From contig SVUF01000001.1 in assembly GCA_015063395.1 (NCBI GenBank), positions 1,336 through 65,335 of the forward strand: DNA of 64,000 nt. Reading direction: 5' to 3'. Below, piece by piece: positions 16,713 to 26,628 of the stretch. The position numbers and the translations under genes are program-made. The stretch is from Oscillospiraceae bacterium (GTDB taxonomy: Bacteria > Bacillota > Clostridia > Oscillospirales > CAG-272). The stretch's first letter is position 1. Each line of letters begins with the position of its first letter. Below the pieces are notes generated by a model. The model was not told the DNA's origin. It did no database searches and saw only the letters and a program-made list of their open reading frames with translations.

Positions 16713-18485
16713 ATGGCAAAGATTAATATAAAAATTGAAGGCGTTCCCTATCAGGTAGAAGAGGGATTGACCATACTTGAAGCTGCAAAGGCTTGTGGAT
16801 ATGAAATTCCCACACTTTGTGCTTTCAACCACGGAGAATGCAATAAGGGTTCTTGCCGTGTATGTCTTGTTGAGGCAACAGGCGCAAGAGGACTTGTAGC
16901 ATCTTGTGTATATCCCATAAATGAGGGAATGGAGATCACAATTTCCTCCCCCAAGGCAGCAGCAGCTCGCCGTGCTTCTGTTGAGCTTTTGCTCTCTAAC
17001 CACTCCATGCTCTGCCAGACATGTGACAAGAACGAGAAGTGTGAGCTTCTTCACGTTGCTCGTATTACAGGCGCAAGAGACGGTATGTTCCAGGGAACAC
17101 AGACTCCCGTTACTGTTGATGAGATCAGCCCCTCCATCGTAAGAGATACATCCAAGTGCGTACTCTGCGGAAGATGTGTTGCTCGTTGTGCAAACGCTCA
17201 CGGAAACGGCGTAATCGGTTTCCAGAACAGAGGATTCAGAACAATTATAGGCCCTGCAGAAAACAGAGCATTTACTGATTCTCCCTGTATCCTTTGCGGA
17301 CAGTGCGTAAACGTATGTCCCACAGGCGCTCTTATGGAAAAGAGCGAGATCTCTAAGGTTGACGAGGCTTTCGCAGCAGGCAAGTACGTTGTTGTTCAGA
17401 CAGCTCCTGCAGTAAGAGCAGCTCTCGGTGAAGAATTCGGCATGAAGATCGGTACTCCCGTAACAGGAAAGATGGTAGCCGCTCTCCGTCGTCTCGGATT
17501 CAAGAAGGTATTCGATACCAACTATGCCGCTGACCTTACAATCATGGAAGAAGCAACAGAGCTCCTTTCCAGAATCAAGAACGGCGGAGCACTTCCCATG
17601 CTTACTTCTTGCTCACCCGGTTGGGTTAACTATGCAGAGGTTTACTACGGTGACTGCCTTGATCACATTTCAAGCTGTAAGTCTCCTCACGAGATGCAGG
17701 GTGCGATCCTTAAGCACTACTATGCAGCTAAGATCGGTGTAAATCCCGAGGATATGTTCGTAGTTTCAATTATGCCTTGTACAGCTAAGAAGTTTGAGAA
17801 GGAAAGAGACGCTCTCAAGACAAAGGGACTTGCAGATGTAGATGCAGTTCTTACAACAAGAGAGCTCGGCAAGCTCATCAAGAGAAGCGGAATCAACTTC
17901 ACAAAGCTTCCCGACGAAGAGTTTGACAGCGATATTATCGGAGAATACACAGGCGCAGGCGTTATCTTTGGTGTAACCGGCGGTGTTATGGAAGCAGCTC
18001 TTAGAACAGCTTACTACGTTCTCACAGGTGAAGAGCATGCAGAGATCAAGTTCGAGCAGGTAAGAGGCTTTGACGGAATCAAGGAAGCAAGCTTCAACCT
18101 TGCAGGAATGGAAGTTAATGTTGCTGTAGCTCACGGCATGAAGAACGCAAAGGTTCTCATGGACGAGATCCGTGCAGGTACAAGCAAGTATCACTTCATC
18201 GAAGTAATGGGATGTCCCGGCGGATGTATTAACGGCGGCGGACAGCCTTACGTAAGAGAGTGCTTCCTTCCCAACGAAGACGCTGACATTATGGATACTT
18301 ATAAGGAAAAGCGTGCGCAGGCTCTCTATTCAGAGGACGAAAGACAGACTCTCCGTCAGTCACACAACAATCCTCAGATCAAGGCTCTCTACGATGAGTT
18401 CCTTGGCGAGCCCAACTCACACCTTGCTCACGAGCTTCTCCATACTCACTATGGTGCTCGTAAGCCCTTTCCCGAAAAGGAATAA
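16713..18485 (+). CDS. hydA: [FeFe]-hydrogenase catalytic subunit (HydA, group A-like, multi-FeS N-terminus)
   Basis: The N-terminus has a [2Fe-2S] site, an HxxxCxxCxxxxxC site and 2x[4Fe-4S] motifs. For the H-cluster, L2 (MPCTAKKFE) and L3 (EVMGCPGGCINGGGQP) are canonical. L1 reads TSCSPGW, which is atypical (see findings). Confidence 0.9.
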   Translation: MAKINIKIEGVPYQVEEGLTILEAAKACGYEIPTLCAFNHGECNKGSCRVCLVEATGARGLVASCVYPINEGMEITISSPKAAAARRASVELLLSNHSMLCQTCDKNEKCELLHVARITGARDGMFQGTQTPVTVDEISPSIVRDTSKCVLCGRCVARCANAHGNGVIGFQNRGFRTIIGPAENRAFTDSPCILCGQCVNVCPTGALMEKSEISKVDEAFAAGKYVVVQTAPAVRAALGEEFGMKIGTPVTGKMVAALRRLGFKKVFDTNYAADLTIMEEATELLSRIKNGGALPMLTSCSPGWVNYAEVYYGDCLDHISSCKSPHEMQGAILKHYYAAKIGVNPEDMFVVSIMPCTAKKFEKERDALKTKGLADVDAVLTTRELGKLIKRSGINFTKLPDEEFDSDIIGEYTGAGVIFGVTGGVMEAALRTAYYVLTGEEHAEIKFEQVRGFDGIKEASFNLAGMEVNVAVAHGMKNAKVLMDEIRAGTSKYHFIEVMGCPGGCINGGGQPYVRECFLPNEDADIMDTYKEKRAQALYSEDERQTLRQSHNNPQIKALYDEFLGEPNSHLAHELLHTHYGARKPFPEKE

Positions 18486-18514
18486 TTTATAATATCAACT
18501 AACCTATATAATTA

Positions 18515-18550
18515 GCGTGATACTCTAAGCGTAGAGTATCACGCTTTTTT
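18515..18550 (+). terminator. intrinsic terminator after hydA
   Basis: gcgtgatactct-aagcg-tagagtatcacgc followed by tttttt. Confidence 0.85.
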
Positions 18551-18675
18551 GATTTTATAGAAAATTGTTTTTTGATGCAGAAAGATTTAAAAGCGCAATT
18601 GTGAGATGCTTTGGAAAATTTAAGGATCCGTTACATTGGAATTGTAAACAAATTATTAATTTATTTAACATTGTG

Positions 18676-18704
18676 TTGAAAAAAATCGAAAACCGTAGTA
18701 AAAT
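18676..18704 (+). promoter_or_regulatory. putative sigma-A promoter upstream of xpt
   Basis: TTGAAA (18676-18681), a 17-nt spacer, then TAAAAT (18699-18704). Confidence 0.45.
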
Positions 18705-18833
18705 ACATTGAAAGCATATGAGCAGAATTTTTTGTTATTAAAATGGACTTTGCACATATGTTTGTTTTGTTTTAAGGCGATTTTTTAATAGAACTCAAAT
18801 GCTGATTTGAGACAAGTAGAGAAAGGAATTTGT

Positions 18834-19409
18834 ATGAAGCTTCTTGAAGACAGAATAATTCGTGACGGAAAGATATTTGAAGGAGATGTTTTGAAGGTTG
18901 ACAGCTTTGTAAACCATCAGATAGACGTTAATTTCATCAGTGAGCTTGGAAAAGAGTTTAAAAGACTTTATGAGGGATCTGAGATAAACAAGATCCTCAC
19001 AATCGAGGCGTCGGGAATTGGCATTGCCTGCCTTGTTGCAATGCATTTTAATGTTCCTGTTGTGTTTGCCAAGAAATCCAAGTCAATAAATATCAGTGCA
19101 GATGTTTATACATCAAAGGTTGTTTCGTACACTCACAAGAGAGAGTATGATGTGATCGTGTCCAAAGAATTTCTCAGTAAGGGGGACAAGGTGCTTATAA
19201 TTGATGATTTTCTTGCTCAGGGAAGTGCGCTGAAGGCTCTTGTTGATCTTGTGAATCAATCGGGAGCAGAGGCAGTGGGCGCAGGAATCATCATCGAAAA
19301 GGCATATCAGCAGGGCGGTGAAATTGTAAGAAACGAGCTTGGACTGCGAGTTGAATCCCTTGCAAGAATTGCTTCGATGAGCGTAGAAGACGGTATAAAA
19401 TTCTGCTGA
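18834..19409 (+). CDS. xpt: xanthine phosphoribosyltransferase
   Basis: MKLLEDRIIRDGKIFEGDVLKVDSFVNHQID is typical of Xpt, and the PRPP motif VLIIDDFLAQGSA is present. ATG 18834 follows GAAAGGA. Confidence 0.9.
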   Translation: MKLLEDRIIRDGKIFEGDVLKVDSFVNHQIDVNFISELGKEFKRLYEGSEINKILTIEASGIGIACLVAMHFNVPVVFAKKSKSINISADVYTSKVVSYTHKREYDVIVSKEFLSKGDKVLIIDDFLAQGSALKALVDLVNQSGAEAVGAGIIIEKAYQQGGEIVRNELGLRVESLARIASMSVEDGIKFC

Positions 19410-19476
19410 GTACGGCACTTATTATGTTAAACGCGGGAAAACCCGTGGAATATATTTTTATCGGAGGAACATTAAA

Positions 19477-20691
19477 ATGTTCAAGAGAGTACTTTCATTA
19501 GTTATTGCGGTTATGATGATCGCAGGTGCTGCGATGACATTTTCATCATGCACCACAGGAGATGACGGCGTATTCAGACTTGGCGTAATTCTTCTTCACG
19601 ACGAATTCTCTACATATGACCTTAACTTTATCAACGGAATCAATGCCGCTGCTAAAGCTCTTGGCCTTACTGCAGAGCAGGTTATCATCAAGAAGAATAT
19701 CCCCGAGTCCAATGACTGCTACGAGGCAGCTTGTGACCTTGTTGCAGAGGGATGCGACGTAATTTTTGCAGACAGCTTTGGTCATGAGTCATTCCTTCTC
19801 AAGGCAGCTAAGGAGAACCCCAACGTAGAGTTCTGCCATGCTACAGGAACAATGGCGCATACAGAAAAGCTTGACAACTTCCACAATGCTTTTGCGGCAA
19901 TCTACGAGGGTAGATTCCTTGCAGGTGTTGCTGCAGGTCTCAAGATCAACGAAATGATCGAGTCGGGTAAGATCACAGCAGAGCAGGCAAAGATGGGTTA
20001 TGTAGGCGCACACCCCTATGCAGAGGTTATTTCCGGTTACACATCCTTCTATCTTGGCGCAAAGAGCGTTTGCCCCAGCGTTACAATGGAGGTTCAGTTC
20101 ACAGGTGACTGGTACCACGAAACAAAGGAAAACAACACAGCACTCGCTCTCATTAACAACGGATGTATCCTTATAAGCCAGCACGCTGACTCCATGGGTG
20201 CTCCTACTGCTTGTGAGGACAAGGGTGTTCCCAATGTTTCCTACAACGGAAGCACAGTAAAGGACTGTCCCGAGACATTCATCATTTCTTCAAGAATTGA
20301 CTGGACACCTTATATCAAGTACATTTGCGAGCAGGCAATGGCAGATAAGCCCATCGATACAGACTGGACAGGTACAATCGCTAACGGTGCTGTTGTAGTT
20401 ACAGAGATCAACGAAAAAGCTGCAGCTGCAGGTACTGCTGCTAAGCTTGAAGATGTTAAGGCTCAGCTCGTTGCAGGCACACTTCACGTATTTGACGTAA
20501 CAAAGGACAACTACATCACAGTAAACGGCGAAAAGGTTACAAGCTATATGGCTGACGTTGATACAGACGATAAGTTCACACCCGATACAGAGGCAATATA
20601 CGGCGGATATTTCCATGAGTCCGAGAAGCGTTCTGCTCCTTACTTCAACATGGCAATTGACGGAATTACGATTCTCAACAACGAAGGCTAA
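19477..20691 (+). CDS. BMP-family (PnrA/Med-like) ABC transporter substrate-binding lipoprotein, probably for nucleosides
   Basis: Lipobox AMTFSSC, the BMP-family pattern, and downstream RnsBCD-like ABC genes. Confidence 0.8.
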   Translation: MFKRVLSLVIAVMMIAGAAMTFSSCTTGDDGVFRLGVILLHDEFSTYDLNFINGINAAAKALGLTAEQVIIKKNIPESNDCYEAACDLVAEGCDVIFADSFGHESFLLKAAKENPNVEFCHATGTMAHTEKLDNFHNAFAAIYEGRFLAGVAAGLKINEMIESGKITAEQAKMGYVGAHPYAEVISGYTSFYLGAKSVCPSVTMEVQFTGDWYHETKENNTALALINNGCILISQHADSMGAPTACEDKGVPNVSYNGSTVKDCPETFIISSRIDWTPYIKYICEQAMADKPIDTDWTGTIANGAVVVTEINEKAAAAGTAAKLEDVKAQLVAGTLHVFDVTKDNYITVNGEKVTSYMADVDTDDKFTPDTEAIYGGYFHESEKRSAPYFNMAIDGITILNNEG

Positions 20692-20910
20692 TAAATAAAT
20701 TAACCAAAAAGCTTTGGCTGTTTGGAAAAGCAAAGGGAACTTTTTATAAAAAAGTTCCCTTTGTAAAAGTTTAATGTTTTAATCAAAGTATTAAAAATCT
20801 GAAAAATTGATGCTTTTATCAAAATATTAAAATATAAAAAAGCAAAAAAGGTTATTAAATTTTGGTTTGGAGCAAAGCTCTGAAAAAGAAAAGCAAAGAT
20901 GGGGGAAGAA

Positions 20911-22500
20911 ATGGACAAGTCGGTTGCGTTGGATCTGAAGAAAATAACTAAAAGATTCGGTAATGTTGTTGCAAACAACGAAGTAGACCTGACGGTGTAC
21001 AAGGGCGAGATCCTTGCTATACTTGGCGAGAACGGTTGCGGCAAGACAACACTTATGAATATGATTGCGGGAATATACTATCCCGATGCAGGTCATATAT
21101 ATGTAAACGGCGAAGAGGTTGTAATACGTTCGCCAAAGGACGCGTTCAGACACGGAATTGGAATGATACATCAGCATTTCAAGCTGGTTGACATATTTTC
21201 CGCAAGTGAAAATATTGTACTTGGAATAAAAGACGGCAAAAAGTACAATCTCAAGGATGTAAACAAAAGAGTGTTGGAAATTTCACAGCGGTACGGCTTT
21301 AATATAGATCCAACAAAAAAAATATATGAAATGTCAGTTTCGGAAAAGCAGACGGTTGAGATCATCAAGGTGCTTTACAGAGGCGCTGACATATTGATAC
21401 TTGACGAGCCTACAGCGGTTCTGACCCCTCAGGAAACAGAAAAGCTGTTTAATGTGCTGCGCAAGATGAGGGATGACGGAAAGTCCATAATAATTATTAC
21501 ACATAAGCTCCACGAGGTGCTTTCTCTGTCCGACAGAGTTGCGGTTCTGAGAAAGGGTGAGCATATCGGAAGTGTAAAAACAGAAGAGACCTCGGAAAAC
21601 GAGCTGACTGAAATGATGGTTGGCAAGAAGATCGAGCTTAATATTGAGAGAACCGATTGCCTCGGACTTGGGGAAAGACTGATTGTAAAGGATCTCAATT
21701 GCTTTAATGAGGAGGGAGTAAAGATACTTCATGATGTGTGCTTCTCGGTACGCGGCGGCGAGATCCTGGGAATTGCGGGAATTGCAGGAAGCGGTCAAAG
21801 AGAGCTTCTTGAAGCGATTGCAGGGCTTCAGCCAACTGAAAGCGGCGAGATCACATACATTGATCCCAATGAAAACACATCGATTGACTTGAGAACAAAG
21901 AATGCTGCAGAAATCAGAGATCTTGGAATCAAGCTTTCATTTGTTCCTGAGGATAGACTTGGCATGGGGCTTGTGGGCAATATGGACGCAACGGACAATA
22001 TGATGCTCCGAAGCTATGAAAAGACCCATGTATTTCTTGACAGAAAGAATCCCAAAAAGCTTGCAACCAAGATCATAGATGAGCTTGAGGTAGTGACCCC
22101 CGGTGTGTCAACTCCTGTAAGACGTCTTTCGGGAGGTAACGTACAAAAGCTTCTTGTGGGACGAGAGATTTCATCGGCACCCAAGGTGTTTATGGCGGCA
22201 TATCCTGTAAGAGGTCTTGATATAAACTCATCATATACTATATATAACCTTTTGACCAAGCAAAAGCAGGGCGGTACTGCGGTAATATTTGTAGGCGAGG
22301 ACCTTGATGTTCTTCTTGAGCTTTGCGACAGAATTATGGTAATTGCATCGGGAAAGATCACGGGAATCGTTGACGGAAGAACTGCCACCAAGGAACAGCT
22401 TGGTGTATTGATGACAAAATCCACATCCATATTTGAGGATGCGGAGATTGAGCTTAACAGAATGAAAAAGAATGATGAAGGAGGCGCCGGCAATGAATAA
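20911..22500 (+). CDS. ABC transporter ATP-binding protein (tandem NBDs, sugar/nucleoside type)
   Basis: Walker A motifs GENGCGKTT and GIAGSGQRE, with signatures MSVSEKQ / LSGGNVQK. ATG 20911 is better spaced from the GGGGGA RBS than 20899. Confidence 0.88.
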   Translation: MDKSVALDLKKITKRFGNVVANNEVDLTVYKGEILAILGENGCGKTTLMNMIAGIYYPDAGHIYVNGEEVVIRSPKDAFRHGIGMIHQHFKLVDIFSASENIVLGIKDGKKYNLKDVNKRVLEISQRYGFNIDPTKKIYEMSVSEKQTVEIIKVLYRGADILILDEPTAVLTPQETEKLFNVLRKMRDDGKSIIIITHKLHEVLSLSDRVAVLRKGEHIGSVKTEETSENELTEMMVGKKIELNIERTDCLGLGERLIVKDLNCFNEEGVKILHDVCFSVRGGEILGIAGIAGSGQRELLEAIAGLQPTESGEITYIDPNENTSIDLRTKNAAEIRDLGIKLSFVPEDRLGMGLVGNMDATDNMMLRSYEKTHVFLDRKNPKKLATKIIDELEVVTPGVSTPVRRLSGGNVQKLLVGREISSAPKVFMAAYPVRGLDINSSYTIYNLLTKQKQGGTAVIFVGEDLDVLLELCDRIMVIASGKITGIVDGRTATKEQLGVLMTKSTSIFEDAEIELNRMKKNDEGGAGNE

Positions 22501-23614
22501 GGAAAATAAAGCTTCCGCAGCAAAAGAAAAAATAAAAAAAGAGCCTCTTTTCCATATAGCAAAAAGAGCACCCCTTCCATTTTGGAAGTCCGCGATGATA
22601 AGAGTAATTGCGGTCTTACTTGCTCTTGTTGTATGTGCTGTCGTATGTTACATCTTAGGTGAGGGAAAGGTAAATCCCCTGGAGCTTTTCTCAAAGCTTT
22701 TTGAGGGTAACTTTGAGACTGAAAGAAAGATATGGAGAACTCTCAAGGATATAGCGGTGCTTCTTTGCATATCCCTTGCAGTAACACCCGCATTTAAAAT
22801 GCGCTTTTGGAACATCGGAGCTGAGGGTCAGGTGCTTGTAAGCTGTCTTGCTTCAGTTGCATGTGTATACTATCTTGGATCCTCCCTTCCTAACGGAGTA
22901 TTGCTCCTTTGTATGTTTGGTGCGGCTCTTGTGACAGGCATTCTTTGGGCGGTTCTTCCTGCCATATTCAAGGCAAAGTGGAACACAAACGAAACTCTGT
23001 TCACGCTTATGATGAACTATATAGCAACATCACTTGTATCATTTTTCTTGATCATATGGACTCCCGACGGTTCAAGCTCATTGAAGGAATTCCAGATAGG
23101 ACAGCTTCCCGTGGTATATAACCAATATTTGCTTCTTGTAATAATCGTAGCCCTTTTGACTGTTGGTATGTATATATATTTGAAGTACAGCAAGCAGGGA
23201 TATGAAATTGCTGTTGTTGGAGAAAGCCAGAAAACTGCTTGTTATATAGGTATCAGTGTTAAAAAGGTAATCGTCAGAACAATGATCGTGTCGGGCGCCC
23301 TTTGCGGACTTGCAGGATTTCTCATTGTCAGTGCCCTTGACCACTCTGTAACCACCAATACTGTTGGCGGACGCGGTTTTACTGCCATAATGGTTTCATG
23401 GCTTGGAAAATTCAATCCGTTTATCATGGTGCTTACATCATTCCTCATTGTGTTCCTTGAACACGGTGCCCAGGAGGTATCGTCAGACTTCCCCGCAATA
23501 AACTCTGCATTCCCAAGTATAATTACAGGAATTATCCTGTTCTTCATCATCGGTTGCGAGTTCTTTGTAAATTATAAGCTTGTAATGCGTCAGAAGGAGG
23601 AAAGCGCGAAATGA
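22493..23614 (+). CDS. ABC transporter permease (BMP/ribose-type)
   Basis: Polytopic membrane protein. AAGGAGG at 22476-22482 favours ATG 22493, which overlaps the ATPase stop. Confidence 0.85.
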   Translation: MNKENKASAAKEKIKKEPLFHIAKRAPLPFWKSAMIRVIAVLLALVVCAVVCYILGEGKVNPLELFSKLFEGNFETERKIWRTLKDIAVLLCISLAVTPAFKMRFWNIGAEGQVLVSCLASVACVYYLGSSLPNGVLLLCMFGAALVTGILWAVLPAIFKAKWNTNETLFTLMMNYIATSLVSFFLIIWTPDGSSSLKEFQIGQLPVVYNQYLLLVIIVALLTVGMYIYLKYSKQGYEIAVVGESQKTACYIGISVKKVIVRTMIVSGALCGLAGFLIVSALDHSVTTNTVGGRGFTAIMVSWLGKFNPFIMVLTSFLIVFLEHGAQEVSSDFPAINSAFPSIITGIILFFIIGCEFFVNYKLVMRQKEESAK

Positions 23615-24579
23615 TGATCTTAGAATATTTATTGAGCGCACTTGCTCTCGGAATGACATTCCTTTACGGATCAACAGGTGAGATAATCACCGAAAAGGCG
23701 GGACATTTGAATCTTGGAATACCCGGAGTAATGTGTATCGGTGCGGCAGGCGGTTGTGCGTCACTTCATTTGATGGTCATGGCAGGTATCAATATTCCTG
23801 TGGTTTGGGTAGTTGTGGGACTTTTGTGCGCCTTTCTTTCAGCGGCTCTTGCAGGATTGCTCTATAGCTTTCTTGCTGTTACATTGCAGTCAAATCAGAA
23901 CGTAACGGGACTTGTACTCACAACATTCGGCGTGGGACTTATGAAGTATATTATGTTCGGACTTACAGACGGTGATGGCGGTGTTCCGTATCTTAAAACA
24001 CTTTCTGCCTTCCGTTTTCCTTTTTCCGAATCAACAACAAGCCTTCAGAAATGCAGTATAACAGCGCTTCTTGCGGTAGTGATTGCTCTTGTGACTTCAT
24101 TTGTACTGTTCAAAACCAAGGTGGGACTGAACCTCAGAGCAGTTGGTGAAAATCCTGCAACAGCGGACGCCGCAGGAATAAATGTTGTTGGATATAAGTA
24201 TGCGGCAACCTGTATAGGAAGCGGAATTGCAGGAATCGGCGGACTTTCATACATTATGAACTGTTCAGGATCAAGAGAGGGATACCTCAGTATCGAGGCA
24301 TTTGGATGGCTTGCAATTGCTCTTGTAATCTTTGCACTTTGGAAGCCCCATCTTTCAGTTTTCGGATCATTCCTGTTTGGACTTCTGTATATTGCAGGAT
24401 CGTTTATTCCAAGTATCATTCCCATTGCAGGCTTCAAGACCATGTGGGCGACACCTCTTTTTGAAATGCTTCCATATGTTGTAACCATTATAGTACTTGT
24501 AATATCGAGTATTAAAGAGAAAAAGGAAAATCAGCCCCCCGCTTCATTGGGTCTTTCCTATTTCAGAGAAGAAAGATAA
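23611..24579 (+). CDS. ABC transporter permease (second subunit)
   Basis: Polytopic membrane protein, with an ATGA start/stop overlap with the preceding permease. Confidence 0.85.
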   Translation: MMILEYLLSALALGMTFLYGSTGEIITEKAGHLNLGIPGVMCIGAAGGCASLHLMVMAGINIPVVWVVVGLLCAFLSAALAGLLYSFLAVTLQSNQNVTGLVLTTFGVGLMKYIMFGLTDGDGGVPYLKTLSAFRFPFSESTTSLQKCSITALLAVVIALVTSFVLFKTKVGLNLRAVGENPATADAAGINVVGYKYAATCIGSGIAGIGGLSYIMNCSGSREGYLSIEAFGWLAIALVIFALWKPHLSVFGSFLFGLLYIAGSFIPSIIPIAGFKTMWATPLFEMLPYVVTIIVLVISSIKEKKENQPPASLGLSYFREER

Positions 24580-24600
24580 ATTTCGAAATGTAAAATCATT

Positions 24601-24637
24601 TTGCCCGGATTCCTGTAAGGAGGACGGGCAATTTTTT
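24601..24637 (+). terminator. intrinsic terminator after the ABC operon
   Basis: ttgcccg ... cgggcaa stem followed by tttttt. Confidence 0.8.
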
Positions 24638-24751
24638 ATTTGCTTTATACGCTTCAGCAAACATAGTTCTTGTTTTCTCTCCCTAATTATGTTATAATAA
24701 GAGTAATAGAAACCCGAAACCGATAAATAAATGAGAGAAAAGGAGATGACT

Positions 24752-25048
24752 ATGATTTTTAGGCGTTTTAATAAAAACTTTCCATTTGGTGATATGCCAA
24801 ATACAATGTGTTTTACTTGTTGTCATGTATTGGACAATAATAAACCGATACTGTATGTTTCTCACGACGAAGATGGCTGTTGGCAATTCTTGTGCGGTCA
24901 AATGCATTCTCAAGAAGATGCAAGAATTATTTCTTTGTCAGAAATTATAAGCTTTGACAAAAACATTTTGAAGCTTGGTGATTTGCAATGTGGAGAATAT
25001 GCCAGCTTTGAAGAAAACAAGCGTAAATGGAGAGTTTTTAAGAAATAA
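24752..25048 (+). CDS. small cytosolic hypothetical protein (possibly DUF2185-like)
   Basis: The ORF has an AGGAG RBS, but the start is ambiguous (24731/24746/24752). The motif SHDEDGCWQFLCGQ resembles the DSGW.F..G core I associate with DUF2185. The surrounding sequence is AT-rich. Confidence 0.4.
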   Translation: MIFRRFNKNFPFGDMPNTMCFTCCHVLDNNKPILYVSHDEDGCWQFLCGQMHSQEDARIISLSEIISFDKNILKLGDLQCGEYASFEENKRKWRVFKK

Positions 25049-25178
25049 TTGTAAAGCGATATTTACAACTATTGATAATAAAAATGATAAAATGTATATA
25101 AAACATACAAAAGCCCTTGACAAAGTGGGATCTCATTGATTATAATTGATTTATAATCTAAACTAATTGGAGGTTAGT

Positions 25179-26618
25179 ATGAAAAATAATATTTTAAAAG
25201 CGGCTGTTTGCATGGTGCTTTCATTGGCATTTGTTCTTTCTGCAGCAATAACATCATTTGCAGACGGTACACACGGATTTTTCATGACCTGTTATACAGA
25301 TGTAACAGACGATAAAACTGACGGATTTATGATGGATTTCTATTCCGACAGTGAAAACGCACTTTGTACATATTGGTCAAATGCAAACTGGAGCATGTAT
25401 ACAGGCGCATCTGTAAAGAAGCTTGGATATCTGAGTATTACGGGCGGCGGAGCTTATGCGGGCTTACAGATTCTGGACAGACCCGAGCAGCGCCGTGGAA
25501 TCATGTCCATGTGGAGATATGAATACACAGATATAAAGACACGCGAGAGAAAGTATCTTTATGCAAAGGCGATTTATGGAAAGACCACATCCTTCAGTAA
25601 CGAGGGTAGCGGAACCTCCTGTGTAATGGAATACGATTGGAAGAGCAACCAGTGGTACCGTGAAATGATTCTGTGCTGGGAAGATGCTGAAACAGGGTAT
25701 ACCTTCATCGGTAACTGGTACTACGACTACGAAGCTGATCAGTGGTCACTGTTTGCATATTACAATACGTTCCTTGTTGAATCCTATATGAAGGGTGATA
25801 TCGGACAGTTCCTTGAGAATTTCGTGGAATCTACACGTGAAAACTACAGATCCTTCAGATACAGAAATATTTATATGCTTCCCTATCAGGGACAGGGAAT
25901 TGATGATTGGAAGTCCTGTGACAAGATATACATCACCTCCGACGCCAACCCCAAGGCGCACGGTGAAGCACAGCTTGGACTTTCCGATGACAAAACATAT
26001 GTTTGGGCATGGGTTGACGGAAAATCATCCGTAGATACCGACGAAAAGATAGACCTTACAGCAAAGCTTGTACAGCCCGACAAGCCCACAGTCGGAACTC
26101 CCTCCATTGGTGAGTTTACAGTTAAGGATTCTGTGAACAAGGACGGAGAGATCAAGCACACCAAGGTTGAGTGGTCCATGGCAGATCATAGTACACCTCA
26201 GCTTTCTTATAATGTTGTATTTACAGATATAGACGGTAAGGTGCTTGCAAGTGCTTCGGGAACACGTCCCGAGGTTGAGACTGTTACTGTTGATTCCTTT
26301 GGAACAGATGCATATAAGTGTACAATTACCGTCAAGGACGTATTTGGACAGACAGCTACATCGGAATATGAGTCTGCAACATACGGCAAGGCTGATACCA
26401 CAGCTCCCGACGGAACAGTAACACCCGACAAGACAGATGATATAGCTCCCGAAACAAAAGCTCCCGAAACATCTACAACTCCCGTTGAGACAGGTTCTGA
26501 AAACGGTGAGGAAAAGAGTAATATGGGAACAGTCGTTGCAATAGTTGCTGCAGCGGTAGTTGCCATTGGAGTTGTTGCATTTGTCCTTATAACCATAAAA
26601 AACAGAAAGAAGAAGTAA
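25179..26618 (+). CDS. secreted, C-terminally membrane-anchored protein with a DUF3472-like N-terminal domain, Ig-like repeats and a Pro/Thr linker
   Basis: GGAGG is followed by ATG 25179. A signal peptide is present. The domain assignment (AGLQILDRPEQRRGIMSMWRYEY ... FLENFVE) is tentative. The C-terminal TM segment is VAIVAAAVVAIGVVAFVLITI followed by KNRKKK. Confidence 0.5.
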   Translation: MKNNILKAAVCMVLSLAFVLSAAITSFADGTHGFFMTCYTDVTDDKTDGFMMDFYSDSENALCTYWSNANWSMYTGASVKKLGYLSITGGGAYAGLQILDRPEQRRGIMSMWRYEYTDIKTRERKYLYAKAIYGKTTSFSNEGSGTSCVMEYDWKSNQWYREMILCWEDAETGYTFIGNWYYDYEADQWSLFAYYNTFLVESYMKGDIGQFLENFVESTRENYRSFRYRNIYMLPYQGQGIDDWKSCDKIYITSDANPKAHGEAQLGLSDDKTYVWAWVDGKSSVDTDEKIDLTAKLVQPDKPTVGTPSIGEFTVKDSVNKDGEIKHTKVEWSMADHSTPQLSYNVVFTDIDGKVLASASGTRPEVETVTVDSFGTDAYKCTITVKDVFGQTATSEYESATYGKADTTAPDGTVTPDKTDDIAPETKAPETSTTPVETGSENGEEKSNMGTVVAIVAAAVVAIGVVAFVLITIKNRKKK

Positions 26619-26628
26619 TCATTTAATA

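Noticed and set aside
18551-18833. Purine riboswitch expected upstream of xpt
   Set aside because: None of the conserved purine-riboswitch strings (for example UAUAAUC..GGAUAUGG..CUACCGG..) are present. There is only a promoter-like element and one small hairpin (ctcaaat-gctg-atttgag).
22014-22694. 226-aa minus-strand ORF spanning the ABC ATPase/permease junction
   Set aside because: It is antisense to two well-supported ABC genes, and its Ser/Pro/Leu-rich sequence has no motifs.
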